A stretch of 64,000 nucleotides of DNA. Source: Acidimicrobiales bacterium (GTDB lineage Bacteria > Actinomycetota > Acidimicrobiia > Acidimicrobiales > RAAP-2). Under the pieces are notes generated by a model. The model was not told where the DNA came from. It worked only from the letters and a program-made list of their open reading frames with translations, and ran no database searches. How positions within the stretch are numbered: position 1 is the first letter of the stretch; every line of letters begins with the position of its first letter. The position numbers and the translations under genes are program-made. The DNA lies in contig DASZHK010000107.1 of the NCBI GenBank assembly GCA_035937905.1, positions 536-64,535 on the forward strand, given 5' to 3'. Shown in pieces: positions 58,299-64,000 of the stretch.

Positions 58299-58982
58299 TC
58301 AGGCTTCGTGGAGCCCGCACTCCTCCTTGTCAAGTCCGACCCATCGACCCGAGCGTCGATCGCCGGGGACCTGAGGCTTGAGTGTCATCGCGGCGCAACC
58401 GATTGACGCGTAACCCTGCGCCCAGAGAGGGTGTTCGGGAAGGTCGTGACTCCTGAGGTAGTACGCGACGTCGTCGTCACCCCACGTCGCCAACGGGTTC
58501 ACTTTGACGAGCCCGAATTTCTCATCCCACATCAGGGTTTTCATCAACGCCCGCGACGGCGCGTCCACGCGCTTGACCGACGTGATCCACGCCGCGCGAC
58601 CCTGCAGCGCGCGACCCAGCGGCTCGACCTTTCGCAGTTCGCAGCAGTTCGCAGTTCCGCACGGTGACGCGGCGGCGTCGGGGCCGGGCTCGGTGCGCGT
58701 CACGTTGAGCGACCACTCGTTCGTCATTCGATCGGCGAAGTCGCGTGTCTCTTGAAAATGTCCACCCGTGTCGAGGAAAATTATCTCCGTCGACGGCCGA
58801 AGCTCGTGCACCATGTGCAAGAGCGCCACGTCCTCGAACGAACAGGCCATCGCGACATCGTCGTCGAAGCGATCGAAGGTCCACTTGAGAATCTCGAGTG
58901 GTGTCGCACGCTCGAAACGCTCGTCGACCACCTCGAGTTCGATTACGAGGTCGGAAGTCGGTGTCATCAGGGCCATTCTCAC
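58299..58982 (-). CDS. cysH: phosphoadenylyl-sulfate / APS reductase
   Basis: 'FLDTGGHF.ET', 'CCELRKVEPL', 'KVNPL..W', 'GYASIGC', 'ECGLH'. Confidence 0.92.
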   Translation of the reverse strand: MRMALMTPTSDLVIELEVVDERFERATPLEILKWTFDRFDDDVAMACSFEDVALLHMVHELRPSTEIIFLDTGGHFQETRDFADRMTNEWSLNVTRTEPGPDAAASPCGTANCCELRKVEPLGRALQGRAAWITSVKRVDAPSRALMKTLMWDEKFGLVKVNPLATWGDDDVAYYLRSHDLPEHPLWAQGYASIGCAAMTLKPQVPGDRRSGRWVGLDKEECGLHEA

Positions 58983-58997
58983 GGAAGTCTTAGATTG

Positions 58998-59014
58998 TCT
59001 AGTGCATTACTAGA
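58998..59014. promoter_or_regulatory. palindromic operator candidate between divergent cysH and cysD
   Basis: TCTAGT-GCATT-ACTAGA overlapping TAGAAT/TACAAT -10-like hexamers. Confidence 0.45.
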
Positions 59015-59035
59015 ATACAATTACTCCACGGAAAC

Positions 59036-59956
59036 ATGACCACGATCTTGCACACCCCCCACGCCACCGACCATCTTGACGTTCTTGAGTCGCACGCCCT
59101 CTTTATTCTCCGAGAGGTCGTCGCCGAGTGCGAACGGCCGGTTCTGCTCTTTTCTGGCGGCAAGGACTCCGCTGTGTTGCTGCACTTAGCAGCGAAGGCC
59201 TTCGCACCTCAGCAATTGCCCTTCCCCGTGCTGCACATCGACACCGGCCAGAACTTCGATGAGGTGCTCGACTTTCGCGACCGTGCCGTCGAAGCGGCGG
59301 GCGCGCGGCTCATTGTCGCCAAAGTCCAAGACACCATCGACCAAGGAAAAGTGGCTGATCCCGGTCTCCTCGGCTCGCGCAACCGTCTTCAGACCGTGAC
59401 GCTCCTCGACGCGATCAACGACAACAAGTTCGACGCGGCGTTCGGCGGTGCTCGACGTGACGAGGACAAGGCTCGCGCCAAGGAGCGCATCCTCAGTTTC
59501 CGCGACGCCTTCGGGCAATGGGATCCGCGCCAGCAGCGCCCCGAACTCTGGCAGCTCTATCAGGGCAAGGTCAACCCTGGCGAACACGTGCGCGCCTTTC
59601 CCCTGTCGGACTGGACCGAACTCGACGTCTGGCAGTACATCGGACGTGAAGAGATGGACCTGCCCTCGATCTACTACGCGCATGAGCGCGACGTGATAGC
59701 TCGCGACGGCATGTGGCTCGCGGTCGGTGCGTTCGTGGAACCCCAGCCACACGAAGAGGTCGTTCGAAAGACGGTGCGCTTTCGCACCGTCGGTGACGCC
59801 AACTGCACGGGCGCGGTGATCTCTGACGCCCGCACTCTCGACGCCATCATCGCCGAAGTCGCGATCGCGAACGTGTCCGAACGTGGTGCGACGCGCGGCG
59901 ACGACAAGTTCTCCGAGACCGCCATGGAAGACCGCAAACGCGAGGGCTACTTCTAG
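59036..59956 (+). CDS. cysD: sulfate adenylyltransferase subunit 2
   Basis: 'LFSGGKDS', 'GGARRDEDKARAKER', 'RFRTVGD', 'MEDRKREGYF'. Confidence 0.97.
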   Translation: MTTILHTPHATDHLDVLESHALFILREVVAECERPVLLFSGGKDSAVLLHLAAKAFAPQQLPFPVLHIDTGQNFDEVLDFRDRAVEAAGARLIVAKVQDTIDQGKVADPGLLGSRNRLQTVTLLDAINDNKFDAAFGGARRDEDKARAKERILSFRDAFGQWDPRQQRPELWQLYQGKVNPGEHVRAFPLSDWTELDVWQYIGREEMDLPSIYYAHERDVIARDGMWLAVGAFVEPQPHEEVVRKTVRFRTVGDANCTGAVISDARTLDAIIAEVAIANVSERGATRGDDKFSETAMEDRKREGYF

Positions 59957-61213
59957 ATGGACGTCGCGACCAAGGACCTTCTTCGCCTCGCGACGATTGG
60001 ATCAGTCGACGACGGCAAGTCGACGTTGATCGGTCGATTGCTCGTCGACACGCGCCAACTCTTCGACGACCAACTCGACGCGGTCGCCGCCGCGTCGGAG
60101 AAGCGCGGCATCGGCGACCTCGACCTGAGCTTCGTCACCGACGGACTTCGCGCAGAACGTGAGCAGGGCATCACCATCGACGTCGCGTACCGCTACGCGA
60201 CCACTCCTACACGAAAGTTCATCATCGCGGACTGTCCCGGGCACGTCACGTACACGAGGAATATGGCGACCGGGGCTTCAACCGCCGATCTCGCGCTCGT
60301 CGTCCTCGACGTCGCGTCGGGATTGAAGGAGCAGACGCGTCGCCATCTCTGCATCGCGGCGCTCCTCGGTGTTCGCTCGATCATCGTCGCGGTGAACAAG
60401 ATGGACGCTGTGGACTGGTCCGAACTGGTCTTCCAGCGCGTCGTCGATCAGATCGCCACCGTGTCACGCGAGTTGGGTTTCTCCACCTCGTTGACGATCC
60501 CCGTGTCGGCCCTGCTGGGCGACAACGTCGTCGAGCCGTCGGTCAACACGCCGTGGTACGAGGGACCTACGGTCCTCGAAGCACTGGAGTCGTCCGAGGC
60601 CGGATCGTGGGAGGCCGCGCAAGGCGCGCGTCTCCCCGTCCAGTGGGTGCTCCGCCAAAACGGCGGCGGGCGCACGTACGCCGGCATGGTGAGTGGCGAG
60701 GCCTTTCACGTCGGGGACGCCGTGACGCTCTTGCCAGCGGGAGTACAGACCACGATCAAGGCCATCAACTTTGGCGGCGTGTCTCGACTCGAGGCAACGG
60801 TGGGTCTCGCAGCCGATCTCGACCTCGCCGACGAGACTGACGCCGGACGCGGTGACCTCATCGCCACCGCTCCACTACCTACCGTGACGAAGGAGTTCGA
60901 GGCAACCATTTGCTGGTTCGGCGAGCAACCCTTTGGTGTCGGTGGTCAACGCCTTCGGTTAAAACACACCACGAAATCCACTCCGGTGCGTGTTCAAGCC
61001 ATCAAGGGACTCATCGACATCGAGTCACTTAAGATCGTGGACGCCACGTCCATCACCACGAATCAGATTGGGCTTGCGACGCTGGTCACTGCGGACGCCC
61101 TCGTCGTTGACGACTACCGCGAGGATCGAGTGACGGGTAGTTTCGTGCTGATCGACGAAGTCACCAACGCCACCGTCGCGGCGGGTATGGTCGGGCACGC
61201 CACCTTTCTCTAG
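59957..61213 (+). CDS. cysN: sulfate adenylyltransferase subunit 1 (no CysC fusion)
   Basis: 'GSVDDGKSTLIGRLL', 'EREQGITIDVAYRY', 'NKMD', 'GSFVLID'. Confidence 0.96.
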   Translation: MDVATKDLLRLATIGSVDDGKSTLIGRLLVDTRQLFDDQLDAVAAASEKRGIGDLDLSFVTDGLRAEREQGITIDVAYRYATTPTRKFIIADCPGHVTYTRNMATGASTADLALVVLDVASGLKEQTRRHLCIAALLGVRSIIVAVNKMDAVDWSELVFQRVVDQIATVSRELGFSTSLTIPVSALLGDNVVEPSVNTPWYEGPTVLEALESSEAGSWEAAQGARLPVQWVLRQNGGGRTYAGMVSGEAFHVGDAVTLLPAGVQTTIKAINFGGVSRLEATVGLAADLDLADETDAGRGDLIATAPLPTVTKEFEATICWFGEQPFGVGGQRLRLKHTTKSTPVRVQAIKGLIDIESLKIVDATSITTNQIGLATLVTADALVVDDYREDRVTGSFVLIDEVTNATVAAGMVGHATFL

Positions 61214-61640
61214 GCAACGTCACCGTCGCGATGCCGTTGCCCCGTGGGCGAGAGGTCGTCTCCAACGATTACTCAGAGGTGCCATGATCGAGACCCGGGC
61301 GGGCCACTAGGGATTTTGGAAGTATTTTGCTTATGAAATTCAATGATTGGCCCAAGCTGACTACAACCAAACACGCTCGTTTGACGTCGCCGTAACGCCC
61401 ATGGGACTCATTTCGAGCCTCGGATTTATCGTCCCACGCAAAGCGTTGCGTCAGTCGATCTACGAAGCGAACGCGTGTCTCACGTCAGCGAACGGGTCCC
61501 AAGTCCTGCGAGAAGATTGACGAGGCGATTTGTAGATGTTCCGATTTAATGGCCGAGTGCCACGCCAAAATGCAAAAGCTCAAGTTAAACCCGAAGCCGA
61601 TACACGGAACGCGAACCAAGTCGAGAGTTTGAACACAAGC

Positions 61641-63683
61641 TCATTGGTCGTTGTTTGCAACATCTGACACCTGCGGTATCGCAGCGTCATTGGCCGTCGG
61701 AGCGAGCAAGATTACGCGGTCTCCCAGCCTCAGTTCAATGTCACTGCGGGGAGAAACGATCTCTCTCCCTTCAATGACGGCGACCACGAAGCAACCCGGC
61801 GGCCACGGGACCTCTCCAACGGAGCGACCCAACTGGGGGGATTCGGGACCGACGGTGATCTCGATAACGTCGTAACCGTCCAACGGACTGGGCGGTTCGT
61901 GGATGTGTGACTCGGGGTCGCCGGCGGCGAGATCCGACGCCAGTGCGCCCTCCTCGGCTTCACGCGTCGACGCGATGAGGCTCTGAGCAACGGCTCGTCT
62001 GACGTCGCGGCGAGACACCCAGCCCGTGAGATGACGACGGTCGGGCGAAAGGACCGGTAGTCCGTCAGGCCCGTAAAGTTCGAGTTGCCGGAGGGCCTGC
62101 TCGAGGTTCTCGTCGGACATGAGGGTCTGTGGTCGACGGGTGACGGTGACCGGACCCACCAGTGCTTCCCACTCCGCGTGGTTCGTCACGTCAGATGGGT
62201 TCGGCGCTAGCGCGTACTGCACCAGTTCGGCGTGCTCGTGAGGGAAAGGTTGCATGACGTCGCCAACGGTGAGTACCTGAAGCACGCTCGTCGTTTTGGG
62301 CCGCTCGATGTCGATGCCACGGCGTAGCAACTTCGTGGTGTAGATACTGCCGTAGGAGAGCCTCTTCGACACAACGGCCGCGATGCCAGCGGCCAGCATG
62401 ACCGGAAGCATCAGGGTGAAGTTGCCGGTCATCTCCACCACGCTGCCGATCGCCGTGAGTGGAGACTGGGTGGCGCCGGCAAAAACTCCACCCATGCCAA
62501 CCACGGCGTAAATGGCCGGCGGACCAACGACCGATCCGAACAAGTGGTGAACCGTCACTCCGTAGGCCATACCCCCTGCCGCCCCGATGAACAGCGACGG
62601 GGCGAACACCCCGCCCGAGCCACCGATGGAGAGGGTGAGGCTTGAGGCCACGATCTTGCCCACCATGAGAATGACGATCAACCACAGGACGTCGTGACCA
62701 GCGATGATCTTGTCCATCACCGGATAGCCCACACCGTACATCTGGGGCAGGGCGAGTAGGAGCACCCCGAGCGCTACGCCGCCAACCGCCGGACGAGCCC
62801 ACTCAGGACGACCCTTCCAGATCCTGTCGGCAACATCCTCGAAGCCGTATAGAAAGCTCTTGAACCCCACGCCGACGAGTCCGGCCAGGAGCCCAAGCAC
62901 ACCGATCAGCAGGTACGCCGGGTCATGGACGATCGAAAGATCGTGCGGAAGCTGCGAAAAGAAAGGCGCCGAGCCGAAGAAGGCGCGACTCACGAGGTCT
63001 GCGCTGACGGCGGAGAGAATGGTGGCGAATAGGGCGTCGAGCGAGAGTTCACGCAGAACGATCTCGAGAGCGAACAAGACGCCCGTGAGCGGGGCGTTGA
63101 AGGTGGCAGCGATGCCGCCGGCCGCTCCGCAGGCCACGATGATGCGCAGTCGGGACTTGGACATCTTCACGAGTTGACCAAGGGACGAGGCAAAGGCCGC
63201 ACCGACCTGGACGATGGGACCTTCGCGACCTACCGAACCACCGGCACTGATGCAGATCGCCGAGGCCAGAGCCTTCACGACGCTCACTTGGGGACGGATC
63301 CTCCCCCCGTTGTCAGCTACGGCCAGCATCACCTCGGGCACTCCATGACCACGCGCCTCGGGAGCGAATCGCTGAATCAGCGGACCGTAGAGTAGGCCAC
63401 CAACGACCGGAATCAGAAGAAAGAATCCGACCCCCAGCCAAGGCAGGTGCAGGCTGGCGACGCGGCCTTGTTGACCAAACTGTTCACGACCAGTGGCCAA
63501 CCACGTAAAGGCAAATATCAGCCACCGGAACGCGACGGCTCCAAAGCCCGCTCCCACTCCGACGACCAGGGCCATGACCACCAGCCCGAGTCGTGAACCT
63601 CGCAGCCACGTCGGCACGACCTCGAGCGCTGAGAATCTCATCTCCCGATCGGGCCACAGGAACCGCGACGAATGCGTGCTCAC
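61641..63683 (-). CDS. ClC family chloride channel/antiporter with CBS and TrkA-C domains
   Basis: 'GHGVPE', 'GREGP', 'GGVFAP', 'IYTTKL'; CBS segments; C-terminal 'V.....GR.IV.P..D..L..GD'. Confidence 0.92.
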   Translation of the reverse strand: MSTHSSRFLWPDREMRFSALEVVPTWLRGSRLGLVVMALVVGVGAGFGAVAFRWLIFAFTWLATGREQFGQQGRVASLHLPWLGVGFFLLIPVVGGLLYGPLIQRFAPEARGHGVPEVMLAVADNGGRIRPQVSVVKALASAICISAGGSVGREGPIVQVGAAFASSLGQLVKMSKSRLRIIVACGAAGGIAATFNAPLTGVLFALEIVLRELSLDALFATILSAVSADLVSRAFFGSAPFFSQLPHDLSIVHDPAYLLIGVLGLLAGLVGVGFKSFLYGFEDVADRIWKGRPEWARPAVGGVALGVLLLALPQMYGVGYPVMDKIIAGHDVLWLIVILMVGKIVASSLTLSIGGSGGVFAPSLFIGAAGGMAYGVTVHHLFGSVVGPPAIYAVVGMGGVFAGATQSPLTAIGSVVEMTGNFTLMLPVMLAAGIAAVVSKRLSYGSIYTTKLLRRGIDIERPKTTSVLQVLTVGDVMQPFPHEHAELVQYALAPNPSDVTNHAEWEALVGPVTVTRRPQTLMSDENLEQALRQLELYGPDGLPVLSPDRRHLTGWVSRRDVRRAVAQSLIASTREAEEGALASDLAAGDPESHIHEPPSPLDGYDVIEITVGPESPQLGRSVGEVPWPPGCFVVAVIEGREIVSPRSDIELRLGDRVILLAPTANDAAIPQVSDVANNDQ

Positions 63684-64000
63684 AACTCCCAGCTACGTTG
63701 CCAGCCGTCCTCGGGGACCTCACCAGCGGCGTCGCCGAAGGCTGCGAAGGCCCGCACCAGCGCCTCGTGCTCGGCCGGATCCACCGATTTGAGGATGCGC
63801 CCGATCTCGCGGCGCCGCTTATTAGTGACGCGGTCGACCAGGCGACGGCCCGAGGCGCTCAAGTCCAACAACACCGCGCGTCGATCGACGACGTCGCGCC
63901 GGCGAGTGATGAGGCGCTTGCGCACGAGACGATCACACATGCGCGTCGCGGTCGACGGGTCGACACCGAGAGCCTGGGCCAGATCGGCGGGTCGATGCGG
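63680..64000 (-). CDS. MarR family regulator (5' end outside window)
   Basis: 'ADLAQALGVDPSTATRMCDRLVRKRLI.R.....DRR'; GTGA overlap with ClC start. Confidence 0.88.
   Translation of the reverse strand, partial: PHRPADLAQALGVDPSTATRMCDRLVRKRLITRRRDVVDRRAVLLDLSASGRRLVDRVTNKRRREIGRILKSVDPAEHEALVRAFAAFGDAAGEVPEDGWQRSWEL

Noticed and set aside
61214-61640. 427-bp convergent gap after cysN as a gene or ncRNA
   Set aside because: Only short ORFs (about 39 aa or less) without a clear SD, and no convincing stems
61641-63683. Fluoride-specific CLC-F
   Set aside because: Lacks GNNLI/GREGT-type CLC-F signatures; no fluoride riboswitch in the window

Overview
High-GC bacterial chromosome segment, most likely an actinobacterium and probably Acidimicrobiia (inference from F420-dependent enzymes, PIG-L/mycothiol-type deacetylases, a class F sortase, a Mycobacterium-type SOS box, and many TAnnnT-6nt-ATG leaderless starts). 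About 60 real CDSs are present. Core functions: pit, pfkA, a pyrimidine-catabolism trio (nitrilase, hydA, F420 LLM), dat-ddc, ABC-F, ychF, ahcY-metY-metX, an NRAMP-like/MgtE-N Mg2+ module, fabH, imuA-imuB-dnaE2 divergent from an SRAP gene, cysH/cysDN and a ClC. Two tRNA genes are present: Arg-CCT and Ala-CGC. I found no CRISPR array, rRNA, integrase or transposase. The best leads lie outside the ORF track. (1) A ~250-nt, strongly structured, apparently stand-alone RNA on the minus strand at ~50614-50862, with its own promoter, upstream direct repeats and terminator. (2) A ~1.5-kb AT-richer mini-island that splits tRNA-Arg at the anticodon loop, leaves a displaced 5' half, and carries a toxin C-terminal stub coupled to a probable orphan immunity gene. 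(3) A riboswitch-like leader plus a 70-aa ORF ahead of the NRAMP-related Mg transporter. (4) A sortase-anchored ice-binding (DUF3494) protein next to tRNA-Ala. All family calls come from motif recognition by eye; no database searches or folding programs were run.
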